The notes under the pieces are model-generated. The model did not search any database, was not told the origin of the DNA, and saw only the letters and a list, made by a program, of their open reading frames with translations. DNA of 64,000 bases. Origin: Hydrurus foetidus (Eukaryota). The stretch spans positions 4,836,001 through 4,900,000 of the forward strand of contig UYFQ01000001.1 of the NCBI GenBank assembly GCA_900617105.1, read 5' to 3'. Shown piece by piece: positions 54,752 to 64,000 of this stretch. The position numbers and the translations under genes were made by a program. Position 1 is the stretch's first letter. Each line of letters begins with the position of its first letter.

Positions 54752-54817
54752 CCCCCACGCTTGTCGCTTCGCGTACTGCACTACCCCCCGAGGGGGCCGT
54801 CACTTGCTCGGGGCGGC
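54749..54817 (+). repeat. REP-like element, family 2
   Basis: TGACCCCCACGCTTGTCGCTTCGCGTACTGCACTACCCCCCGAGGGGG...GGGGCGGC. Confidence 0.75.
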
Positions 54818-54858
54818 TAGTGGCTGCGCGTTTCCAGCTAGAACGATAATCCCCACCC

Positions 54859-55404
54859 ATGAAGCAACTCTTAGATTTTTTACCCATCCTGCTGTTTTTC
54901 GGCGCGTTCAAGATGTACGACATCTACGTGGCCACCGGCGTCATCATGGTGGCCACCTCTGTGCAAATGCTGATTTTGCTCAAGCTCGATGGCAAGCTGC
55001 AAACCATGCACAAAGTCACTTGGGCCTTAGTAATGGGTTTTGGCGCGTTGACCCTGGCTTTTCATGACGAGCGCTTCGTAAAAATCAAGCCTACTGTGCT
55101 TTACGCCTTTACGGGGCTGGCACTGGCTGTGGGCTTGTGGGTGCTGAGAAAAAACTTTTTGAAGATGATGCTCGGCACGCAGCTCAAAATGCCCGACAAC
55201 ATCTGGCGCAACCTGACCCTCATCTGGATCAGCTACAGTTTTTTTATGGCGGCGCTGAACGCGTATGTTGCGTTTTTTTACACCACCGAACAATGGGTGA
55301 ATTTCAAGCTCTGGGGCTACGCTTTTCCGCTCGTTTTTCTGGTTGGCCAAGGCCTGTACATCGCCAAGTATTTGCAAACCGATGAAAGCGAAATCAAGTC
55401 ATGA
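54859..55404 (+). CDS. yciB: Inner-membrane septation protein YciB/IspZ
   Basis: [26 protein letters not shown]. Confidence 0.93.
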   Translation: MKQLLDFLPILLFFGAFKMYDIYVATGVIMVATSVQMLILLKLDGKLQTMHKVTWALVMGFGALTLAFHDERFVKIKPTVLYAFTGLALAVGLWVLRKNFLKMMLGTQLKMPDNIWRNLTLIWISYSFFMAALNAYVAFFYTTEQWVNFKLWGYAFPLVFLVGQGLYIAKYLQTDESEIKS

Positions 55405-55703
55405 GCGCGCCACATTTGACGACCTACGCTAACGCTGGCGCCTACACCGCCGCCATCAACCAACGTTTGACAACGCTGCTGTCGCCTTCCCGGCTTGAAG
55501 TCATTGACGAGAGCGCAGACCACGCCGGCCACGTGGGCGCCAACGCTGAAGGGTTTGGCACCCACGTTCGGGTACGGATTGCCAGCCCGACGTTCACCGG
55601 CAAAACCCGCGTGGCCAAGCATCGGCTTGTGTATGATGCGATGCAAAATTTCATTGACGACGGCCTGCACGCCCTGGCCATTGACATTGTCGACACGCCC
55701 TGA
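55401..55703 (+). CDS. bolA: BolA-family protein
   Basis: [21 protein letters not shown]. Confidence 0.9.
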   Translation: MSAPHLTTYANAGAYTAAINQRLTTLLSPSRLEVIDESADHAGHVGANAEGFGTHVRVRIASPTFTGKTRVAKHRLVYDAMQNFIDDGLHALAIDIVDTP

Positions 55704-55764
55704 AAAGCTAATGTCGCCCCCTCTTTTAACCTGCAATTTTTACTTTTCATTCAACAGGACTTTC

Positions 55765-56547
55765 ATGAAAAAGCAACTTTTATTGGCCACCGCAGCCGCC
55801 GTTTTGGCCCTTAGCGCGCAAGGCGTGCTGGCGCAAAACGTGGCCATCGTTAACGGCAAAGCCGTGCCTAAAACCAGGCTCGACGCACTGGCGCAGCAAG
55901 TGGCCAAAGCCGGTCGCCCGGTGACGCCAGAAATGCAAGGCCAGTTGCGCGAAGAAGTCATTACCCGCGAAGTGTTCATGCAAGAAGCTGAAAAGCAGGG
56001 TCTGTCGACCAGCGACGAATACAAAGCGCAAATGGAGCTGGCCCGCCAAACCATTTTGATTCGCGCACTGTTTGCTGACTACGAGCAAAAAAACAAAGCC
56101 ACTGACGCAGAACTCAAAGCCGAATATGACAAATTTGCAGCGGCCAATGGCGGCAAAGAATACAAAGCGCGCCACATTTTGGTGGAAAGAGAAGCTGACG
56201 CAAAAGCCATCATCGTTGCCCTGAAAAAAGGCGGCAAGTTTGAAGACCTGGCCAAAAAGCAGTCTAAAGACGCGGGCTCCGGAGCCAACGGCGGCGACCT
56301 GGACTGGGCTAACCCAAGCAGCTACGTGGCCGAGTTTACGGAAGCCATGCTCAAGCTAAACAAAGGCCAGTTAACCGATAACCCGGTTAAAACGCAGTTC
56401 GGCTATCACGTGATTCGGGTAGACGACATTCGCAATGCGCAGTTGCCGCCGTTTGCAGAACTGAAGCCGCAAATTGCCCAGCAGTTGCAGCAGCAGCGCC
56501 TGGGTGCGTACCAGCAAGGCTTACGGGAAAAAGCCAAGGTTGAATAA
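55765..56547 (+). CDS. Parvulin (PpiC-type) peptidyl-prolyl isomerase, exported
   Basis: ARHILV, GGDLDW, TQFGYHVI. Confidence 0.92.
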   Translation: MKKQLLLATAAAVLALSAQGVLAQNVAIVNGKAVPKTRLDALAQQVAKAGRPVTPEMQGQLREEVITREVFMQEAEKQGLSTSDEYKAQMELARQTILIRALFADYEQKNKATDAELKAEYDKFAAANGGKEYKARHILVEREADAKAIIVALKKGGKFEDLAKKQSKDAGSGANGGDLDWANPSSYVAEFTEAMLKLNKGQLTDNPVKTQFGYHVIRVDDIRNAQLPPFAELKPQIAQQLQQQRLGAYQQGLREKAKVE

Positions 56548-56567
56548 GCGCTCGACCCCTGAAAAGC

Positions 56568-56593
56568 AAAAACGCGGCTGGTCCGCGTTTTTT
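56568..56593 (+). terminator. Intrinsic (probably bidirectional) terminator
   Basis: AAAAACGCGG-CTGGT-CCGCGTTTTTT. Confidence 0.75.
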
Positions 56594-56639
56594 GTTTCTT
56601 ATGGCTTTGTAAGCGGGTTTTTAGCGTATTTTGACTGTT

Positions 56640-56693
56640 AAATAGGCTTGTAGCCAAATAAATACGGGCGCTAGCAGCTCTTTATTTAATAGC
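56640..56693 (-). repeat. 54-bp dispersed element, copy 14 (intergenic)
   Basis: Reverse complement: GCTAT-TAAATAA-AGAGCTGCTAGCGCCC-GTATTTATT-TGGCTAC. Confidence 0.9.
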
Positions 56694-56742
56694 ATTAGTT
56701 GAAGGATTCGGGCTGTGGTCAAACGTTCAAAAATATCCGCAC

Positions 56743-57630
56743 TTACCCAAGGCGTTCGTACAGCCCTGTCAATTCTTCGTACGCTTTAAGAATCAACTCG
56801 CTTGCGGTCGCCATGTCCGCCAGTGCTTTGGGGCGCTCGTTTTTCGTGTCTGCCAGGGCGAGGTCAAAAAATACCCACATGTTTGCTACCTCGCTTAGGT
56901 TGCGCTTCATGTCAGCGGTGTTTTCTTTGGCGCCTTGCAAAAAGACGAGGGCTTGTGCGTATTCTTGCTGCCGCTTGACGATTTGCGGCTGCACTTGTGC
57001 CGCAGTTAAAGCCCAATTGCGGGCGAATCCATAAGCGGCTATTTGCTGGGTCAGCATGCGCTGGCGGCTGCAAACATTGGTGAGCTTCGATAACGCTTTG
57101 CCAGTCGCTTGCTCAAGCTGCAGCGTGGCAAGATCGGCCAGCACCATCAAGTCTTCAGCACCATCAAACACCAGTTTGACTCGCTCTTTGACTATCACGC
57201 TACCCGCCACCACATCTTTGAAATCGTTCCATTTCGCGCTGAGTTTGCTAAAGGTGTCCTTGATCTCAGCGGTAGGCGCAGACACCCGTAGCTGCGACAA
57301 CGCCAAGTCAAACTGCGCAACAGATTCGTTCAGTAACATTTGGCTGCCCGCGGGGTCAATGCCCCGGCCTACTTCGCAATAATTTTTGGTCATGCGCGCG
57401 AGCAACGTCCGTTGCCGCGCGGCAACGTTAACGGCCTGCGAGGCATTGGCAACCTGCGCGCTAACCCAAGGCACAATGCTGGCCGTGCTACAGGCTACTA
57501 CCAAACTGCGTCGGCTCAGTACATAAGCACCTACTTTTTTAGTTGAATTCAAGTTTCCGCCTTTTTTATTAACCGCAACCTCTAAATTTGACCACAATCT
57601 AAAATTTATTTGTAGCAATTCGCGATTCAT
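56743..57630 (-). CDS. Exported protein with two PilJ/NarX-like four-helix sensor domains
   Basis: Duplicated motif VNVAARQRTL / TNVCSRQRML; SRR twin-arginine-like leader; start uncertain. Confidence 0.7.
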   Translation of the reverse strand: MNRELLQINFRLWSNLEVAVNKKGGNLNSTKKVGAYVLSRRSLVVACSTASIVPWVSAQVANASQAVNVAARQRTLLARMTKNYCEVGRGIDPAGSQMLLNESVAQFDLALSQLRVSAPTAEIKDTFSKLSAKWNDFKDVVAGSVIVKERVKLVFDGAEDLMVLADLATLQLEQATGKALSKLTNVCSRQRMLTQQIAAYGFARNWALTAAQVQPQIVKRQQEYAQALVFLQGAKENTADMKRNLSEVANMWVFFDLALADTKNERPKALADMATASELILKAYEELTGLYERLG

Positions 57631-57648
57631 TACCTTTTTTCTAAGGCT

Positions 57649-58383
57649 TTACTTCAGCGCATCCAGCGCCATCAGCGCGCCAATCATCACCGGCTGGTGC
57701 AGCATGTACCAAGTCAAGCTCCAGCGGCCCAGCCATGTAAGCGGCGCCGCAGCACTCGGCAGCGGGCTGGCTAGCCACTGCGGCCGACGCGCCAGCATCG
57801 CTTGCCCTGCGGCCATGCCCCACCACATCACGCCCAGCCACGGCAGCAGCGGCACGTAGTCTTCGGTAACTGGCTTCTTGCCGATCAAACCGAGCCAATT
57901 AAAAGCTTTTTCATTCAAAAAAGCGGCTTCAGGCCAATCAATATGGGCGCGAGCAGCTACTAAAGGCATAGCAATTGCCAGCGCGCCAAGCAACCATAAC
58001 CACCGCCCCCAGCCGCTTGTGCACCGCACAATGATCAACATCACGGCAAGGCCATGCAGCACGCCAAAATAAATAAAACTCTTGGGATAGGTGGCGTACG
58101 AGCCCGCTGTCACCAGTAGCGCGCAGCCTGCCACTTGCGCCCAGCGCCGCCAAAACCGCTGGCGGGTTTGCCCCTGCTGCGCTGCTATCGCCTGACTCAA
58201 GCCCGCACAAAATACAAACAAACTGACGATGACGGCGCGCTGCGTTGTCCACAGCGGGTTGATGTAAAAGTTTTGTTTGATGTAACCGAATTGATTCAAG
58301 TCAAAACAAAAGTGAAACACCGTCATCCACACGATGGCCACGCCGCGCAGAGCGTCAATACGGTCAAAGCGGGTGGCTGGCAT
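57649..58383 (-). CDS. DUF1624 / heparan-alpha-glucosaminide N-acetyltransferase-like membrane protein
   Basis: IDALRGVAI..M..FH, IYFGVLH, DYVPLLPW, YMLHQP. Confidence 0.85.
   Translation of the reverse strand: MPATRFDRIDALRGVAIVWMTVFHFCFDLNQFGYIKQNFYINPLWTTQRAVIVSLFVFCAGLSQAIAAQQGQTRQRFWRRWAQVAGCALLVTAGSYATYPKSFIYFGVLHGLAVMLIIVRCTSGWGRWLWLLGALAIAMPLVAARAHIDWPEAAFLNEKAFNWLGLIGKKPVTEDYVPLLPWLGVMWWGMAAGQAMLARRPQWLASPLPSAAAPLTWLGRWSLTWYMLHQPVMIGALMALDALK
57919..57972 (-). repeat. 54-bp dispersed element, copy 15 (inside DUF1624 gene)
   Basis: Reverse complement: GCTAT-GCCTTTA-GTAGCTGCTCGCGCCC-ATATTGATT-GGCCTGA; translated as AMPLVAARAHIDWPEAAF. Confidence 0.8.
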
Positions 58384-58393
58384 ATGCGTACCG

Positions 58394-59425
58394 TCAGCGC
58401 AGGATGGAGGTGACCGCGTTGCCTTCGGCCAGGCGACCCATGGCCATTTCAAACAGGTGTTCCGGCGGCATGACGGCCAAGCCGCTGTCTATGCGCAGGC
58501 CTGCACTGGTCAGCTCCATTTGCTGCGGAAACACCATGCCCGCCACGGGGGCGGCGTCTTTTTCTTGTAAAAAACTGGAGATTTGTTCGCGCAGCACGTC
58601 TTTGTCTCGGGCGGCAAACAAAATGCAGCCACGCGCGCCGGGCATGTGGCACAAAATGGCATTGGCGGGCAGCCGCTGGCGAATAAATTGCGAAATCACC
58701 ATCAATTTAACTGCTGAGCCGCCTTTTTCGGGTGTTAAGTCAAAGTCTTCATGGTTAACCACCTGAATGCCGCACAGCGCTGCATAAACCTCGCCCGCCA
58801 CCACGTCTATCAGGGTGCGGCGCAGCAGCTCGATAAAGCCTGTCTCGCTCCAGCAGCCCGTGGTGGGGTCTAGCAGTTTTTTGCGCTGGTCGCGGCTGGA
58901 CTGGGTCAGCAGCGCCTTTTGGTTGTCGGTCATGACGTTGATGCGCAGCTCAGACTCGACCATGTGCGCCATGTCAGCCAGCATTTGCAGGTCTTCTGGC
59001 GAATAGGTGCGCGGCATGGTGTCCAGTACGCACAGCGTTCCCACGCGCAAGCCCAAGGCAATTTCTAACGGCCAGCCGCAGTACGAGCGAATGTATGGCG
59101 GGCCAAGCACCAGCGGATTTTTGGCAAAGCGCGCGTCAAGCAGCGTGTCGCGCACCTGAAAAACATCGGACTGCATGATGGCGTGGCCACAAAACGAAAT
59201 GCCGCGCGTGGTTTCGGCCACGGCTAGCCCTTGGGCTGAGCGAAACCACTGCACGTCGTCGTCAATGATCGAGATCAGCACAATCGGCACATGCATCAGC
59301 CGCTGCGCCATGCGGGTGATGCGGTCAAAGCGGTCTTCGCGCGGCACATAGGCACACATGGCCGACTGCAAAGCGGCAATGCGCTCGGCTTCGTTATCGG
59401 GAATGGGGGAAATCAGGTAGTCCAA
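58394..59425 (-). CDS. GAF-domain sensor with a degenerate GGDEF-like C-terminus
   Basis: NEAERIAAL, FDRITR, SFCGHAI, GTLCVLD; LDPTTGCWS but no GGDEF motif. Confidence 0.8.
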   Translation of the reverse strand: MDYLISPIPDNEAERIAALQSAMCAYVPREDRFDRITRMAQRLMHVPIVLISIIDDDVQWFRSAQGLAVAETTRGISFCGHAIMQSDVFQVRDTLLDARFAKNPLVLGPPYIRSYCGWPLEIALGLRVGTLCVLDTMPRTYSPEDLQMLADMAHMVESELRINVMTDNQKALLTQSSRDQRKKLLDPTTGCWSETGFIELLRRTLIDVVAGEVYAALCGIQVVNHEDFDLTPEKGGSAVKLMVISQFIRQRLPANAILCHMPGARGCILFAARDKDVLREQISSFLQEKDAAPVAGMVFPQQMELTSAGLRIDSGLAVMPPEHLFEMAMGRLAEGNAVTSILR

Positions 59426-59439
59426 ACGGGGTCCGATGT

Positions 59440-59493
59440 GCTATTAATTAATGAGCTGCTCACGCCCGTACTTATTGGGTTACAGCCCTATTT
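59440..59493 (+). repeat. 54-bp dispersed element, copy 16 (intergenic)
   Basis: GCTAT-TAATTAA-TGAGCTGCTCACGCCC-GTACTTATT-GGGTTAC. Confidence 0.88.
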
Positions 59494-59759
59494 TATGCCT
59501 GAAAACGGCACTTTTAAGGCAAAAATAACCATCTTCACCTGAGCTGTAAATTTGCATTTGCGCGTATACAAGTGTAGCCAACAGGTCGGCCAAGGCAGGT
59601 TCGTGGTCATTGCAATCAAGCGCCGGGCTGCGGTAAAACTGCTGCGCTTGAGGGGAGGCAATTTGAACTGAGGCCCTTCGTTTTATGTCGCTGAAGCGAC
59701 CAGATTAAGCATGACTGCTCTTTAGACTGAAAACATAAATCAATAACAGGAGACTCTTC

Positions 59760-61409
59760 ATGAATCATTTTTTTAAACTTGGCTTGGCCAGCGCCGTCAT
59801 TGGAATGGCGGCCTGCGGCACCGTGATGCAAAACGCCTCGACCACTCGGCCAGCCAGCTGGTCAGCGCCTGAGGTGTTGGTGGCTCCGTCGTCGTTTAGC
59901 GGCGTGCACGGGCTGGCAGTAGACATGCAAGGGCGTTTGCTTGCCGGCAGTGTGCTGGGCAACAACCTGTGGGAAGTTGACCGCACCACTGGCGCAGCAA
60001 AAGTGTTGATTCCCGCGCCCGAAGGCCAAGCCGACGACATTGCCATTGGCCCCAAAGGCGAGATGGCCTGGACGTCCTACATACAGGGCGTGCTGCGCTA
60101 CCGCGCCAACGACACGGCACCCATTCGCGTGCTGGCCAAAGACCTGCCCGGCATCAATTCGCTGGCGTTTGACCAGCGCAGCGGCAAGCTTTACGCGTCG
60201 CAGGTTTTTTTAGGCGATGCGATGTGGGAAATCGATGTCGCTGATAAACCAGATAGGGCTGCACCCCGCTTGATTGCCAAAGACATGGGCGGCTTCAATG
60301 GCTTTGAAGTCGGCCCCGACGGCATGATTTACGGCCCGCTGTGGTTCAAAGGCCAGGTCGTCATGATGAACCCAGCCAACGGCGCCATTACCGTGATCAA
60401 CAGCGACTTCAAAATTCCGGCGGCGGCCAACCTCGACGGCAAAGGCAACCTTTGGGTGGTAGATACTCGTACTGGCGAGCTGAGCAAGGTCGAGCTGGCC
60501 AACGGCCGCAAAACGGTGGTCAAGCAGCTCAAAACTGCACTAGATAACCTGGCCATTGCGCCCAACGGTTTGATTTATGTGTCGAACATGGCCGACAACT
60601 CGATTGAGTCGTTCAACCCCGCCACGGGCGAGTTGAAAACACTGACCAGCGGCAAGCTGGCCGTGCCCGGCGGCATGAAGCTGGACGGCGACACACTGTG
60701 GGTGGCCGACGTGTTTGGCTTCAGGCAAGTCAATATCAAAACCGGCGACGTGAAAGACGTGCTGCGCATGCAAGCGTCTGATATGGAGTACCCGTTTTCT
60801 GTGGGCGTATCAAGCAAGCAATTTGCCTTGACGTCATGGTTTACCGGCAGCGTGCAGGTCATTGACCGCGCCACGCTAAAAACCAGCACCATGATCCACG
60901 GCCTGAAAGCGCCAATGGACGCGCTGTTTTTAGAAGACGGCAGCCTGGTTTTCAATGAAATAGCGACCGGATCAATCACCCGCGCCAGCGGCAAAGACTT
61001 TATTGACCGCAAAGTGTTGGCGCAAGGCTTGGGCGGCCCGGTGCAAATGACGCTAGGCAGAGACGGCGCCATTTACGTGACTGAAGCCGCAGGCAACCTG
61101 ACCCGAATCAACTTGGCCGACGGCGGCAAAACAGTAGTCGCCGACAAACTGGCGCTGCCAGAAGGCGTGGCGCAAACGCCGTGGGGCACCTTCATAGTGG
61201 CCGAAACCGCCGCTCGCCGCCTGGTAGAAATTAACCCGGCAGACGGCACCCGCCGCACGGTGGCAGAGAACCTGCCGATAGGCCTGGAAGCCGGCCCTGG
61301 CCTGCCACCGCCCTACGTGCCTACGGGCGTGGCTGTCGGGGCTGATGGCACGATTTACATGAGTGCGGACCGGAACAATGCGATTTACAAGATTCGGCCT
61401 GGGCGGTGA
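59760..61409 (+). CDS. Beta-propeller lipoprotein (SMP-30/NHL-like repeats)
   Basis: Lipobox-like MAAC; repeated GLAVD/DIAIGPKG/GVAVGADGTIY blades. Confidence 0.75.
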   Translation: MNHFFKLGLASAVIGMAACGTVMQNASTTRPASWSAPEVLVAPSSFSGVHGLAVDMQGRLLAGSVLGNNLWEVDRTTGAAKVLIPAPEGQADDIAIGPKGEMAWTSYIQGVLRYRANDTAPIRVLAKDLPGINSLAFDQRSGKLYASQVFLGDAMWEIDVADKPDRAAPRLIAKDMGGFNGFEVGPDGMIYGPLWFKGQVVMMNPANGAITVINSDFKIPAAANLDGKGNLWVVDTRTGELSKVELANGRKTVVKQLKTALDNLAIAPNGLIYVSNMADNSIESFNPATGELKTLTSGKLAVPGGMKLDGDTLWVADVFGFRQVNIKTGDVKDVLRMQASDMEYPFSVGVSSKQFALTSWFTGSVQVIDRATLKTSTMIHGLKAPMDALFLEDGSLVFNEIATGSITRASGKDFIDRKVLAQGLGGPVQMTLGRDGAIYVTEAAGNLTRINLADGGKTVVADKLALPEGVAQTPWGTFIVAETAARRLVEINPADGTRRTVAENLPIGLEAGPGLPPPYVPTGVAVGADGTIYMSADRNNAIYKIRPGR

Positions 61410-61464
61410 TGGGGTTGGCTGGTAGATTGGGTTAAAAGCAGGCTTGGCCTGCTTTTTCTTATCT

Positions 61465-61518
61465 GAAACGGCCTCTAGGCCAATAAATATGAGCGCGAGC
61501 AGCCATTTAAGTAATAGC
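61465..61518 (-). repeat. 54-bp dispersed element, copy 17 (intergenic)
   Basis: Reverse complement: GCTAT-TACTTAA-ATGGCTGCTCGCGCTC-ATATTTATT-GGCCTAG. Confidence 0.85.
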
Positions 61519-61605
61519 GTCTACAACTGCGCGGTTTACGCCTCAACTATTGAAATGGCCCGCCAAGCCATGCACGCCCAATTCAGTTTGGCGGCAGGCC
61601 AATTC

Positions 61606-61692
61606 CTAAACCGGCAAAAGCGCGGTGTGCGGAATCGGCTCATGAAGAATGTCGATCGCATCGCCCGCCGTAACCAATCCACCGTGCAAAAC
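61606..61692 (-). pseudogene. 3' remnant of a probable MOSC-domain gene cut by IS3
   Basis: VLHGGLVTAGDAIDILHEPIPHTALLPV* resembles the MOSC C-terminus (VLxxGxVxxGDxI); abuts the IS end. Confidence 0.55.
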
Positions 61693-62875
<1,183 letters not shown>

Positions 62876-63085
62876 GTTTGAGAAGAATAAAAATCCGTCA
62901 TCTCGCAGCTCTAGCAGGACCCGGCTTACCGTCTGTGAGGGTGTTTGTCCAACACTAGAAGTATCCGCAGTGATTTTTGATAATTCTTGTTTTAGAAATT
63001 GGTCACGCTCAATTCGAATAGTGAAATTTTTAATCGCGTATCTCTCCAAACCAGCTTTAACTGCTTGCTGCCAAGTCAATCGCAT
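62876..63085 (-). pseudogene. 5' fragment of a gene truncated by IS3 (winged-helix-like N-terminus)
   Basis: MRLTWQQAV...GQTPSQTVSRVLLELRDDGFLFF runs into the IS end; AT-rich. Confidence 0.5.
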
Positions 63086-63714
63086 ACACGCTTCTTTTTT
63101 TTACGCCCAAACTGAAATCTGCAGCTATCGTGCGTCGCTAAAAACGGCTGGACTCAATCTAGAAATTGCAGAATACGTCCTGCCCGTAAGTCGTCTGTGT
63201 TCGAACGAGCGTTCAAGTTGTCATTTAACAATCACTACTCCCACTCAATTGTTTCCAATGCCTGCAAACCCGCATGAATACAGGCTTTCTCTGTATGGGA
63301 CATCTAATTTACCGTCATATTTACCGTCAAAAAACAAACGCTTTGACTGGCGCGGGAGATGCACTCGGTTTGTGCGGCGACTACTCTTCCACATCAATCA
63401 TCAACTATCGAGGGGGTCTGGAACCCCATCGGAGTCATTGCATCCTACGTTTTTCCACTCAAGGACAAGTATAAAGCAACGATTTCTCATTACCAAACGC
63501 TATACATCGAGCGTATTCCAACCCATGAAACCCAAGGTCAAACGCATGCCTGCGCCAACAACTCTCTTCTTGGCGCGGCCCATGGCGACTTTCACGATTG
63601 AATTTTTACTGTTACATTTTACGCTGAATTCGTCTCCCAGGGGGAAACAAGCTTGCCGCTAGATATCGTTAGTGTTATATTTACTGCGCATTACGTTTCC
63701 TTTAGGGGCGCAAA

Positions 63715-64000
63715 TTGAGCGTAAAATATCACTTGCAAACAAAGACGCTAGGCCCACGGGCAGCGCAGCTCTTCACTGAGCTGAATGAACTGCACCGGTC
63801 TACGTTCACGCTGGCGGATGTCGGCTCGATCACCGGCTTGACGGCTGCTGCTGCCCGCAATCTCGTGCACAAGGCTCAGCAGCGAGGCTTGGTGACGCGA
63901 CTGAAGCCCGGTTTGTACAACCTCGTCCCCTTCGAACTCGGCCGGGCCACTGAGCACATCGACAGCCCGTACCTGATCGCGCGTGAACTCGCCGGTGCCG
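63715..64000 (+). CDS. AbiEi-family (type IV toxin-antitoxin) antitoxin, N-terminal part
   Basis: Read manually from TTG: KTLGPRAAQLF...FTLADV...GLVTRLKPGLYNLVP...SPYLIARELA; winged-helix RLxxGLY motif; runs off the window. Confidence 0.75.
   Translation, partial: MSVKYHLQTKTLGPRAAQLFTELNELHRSTFTLADVGSITGLTAAAARNLVHKAQQRGLVTRLKPGLYNLVPFELGRATEHIDSPYLIARELAGA

Noticed and set aside
62970..63662. 230-aa ORF and overlapping short ORFs
   Set aside because: No motifs, overlap with the opposite-strand fragment and atypical composition; probably decayed DNA

Overview
Chromosomal window from a betaproteobacterium; gene content and order point to Comamonadaceae, probably Polaromonas-like (inference). 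The left end (1-4.4 kb) is the decaying tail of an integron gene-cassette array: attC sites, one split at its apex by an IS3 element, then a PACE efflux gene and a PIN/Phd toxin-antitoxin pair. The middle is mostly core genome: hppA/ppa, tadA, ldcA, tatD-pilZ-holB-tmk-mltG, ygfZ, a large beta-oxidation cluster with a Liv-type ABC transporter, and selO-msrB-yciB-bolA-ppiC. Accessory inserts there include a three-gene cluster (diiron oxidase, methyltransferase, ATP-grasp) and an FRG-domain gene. The right end has a second, degraded IS3 at a deletion junction and the start of an AbiEi-type antitoxin. The most striking signal is a ~54-bp indel-free dispersed element found 17 times. Ten copies are intergenic. 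Seven lie inside protein-coding genes, in two reading frames and always in the same orientation relative to transcription. No rRNA, tRNA or CRISPR array was seen. All calls come from reading the sequence and recognising motifs; no searches were run.
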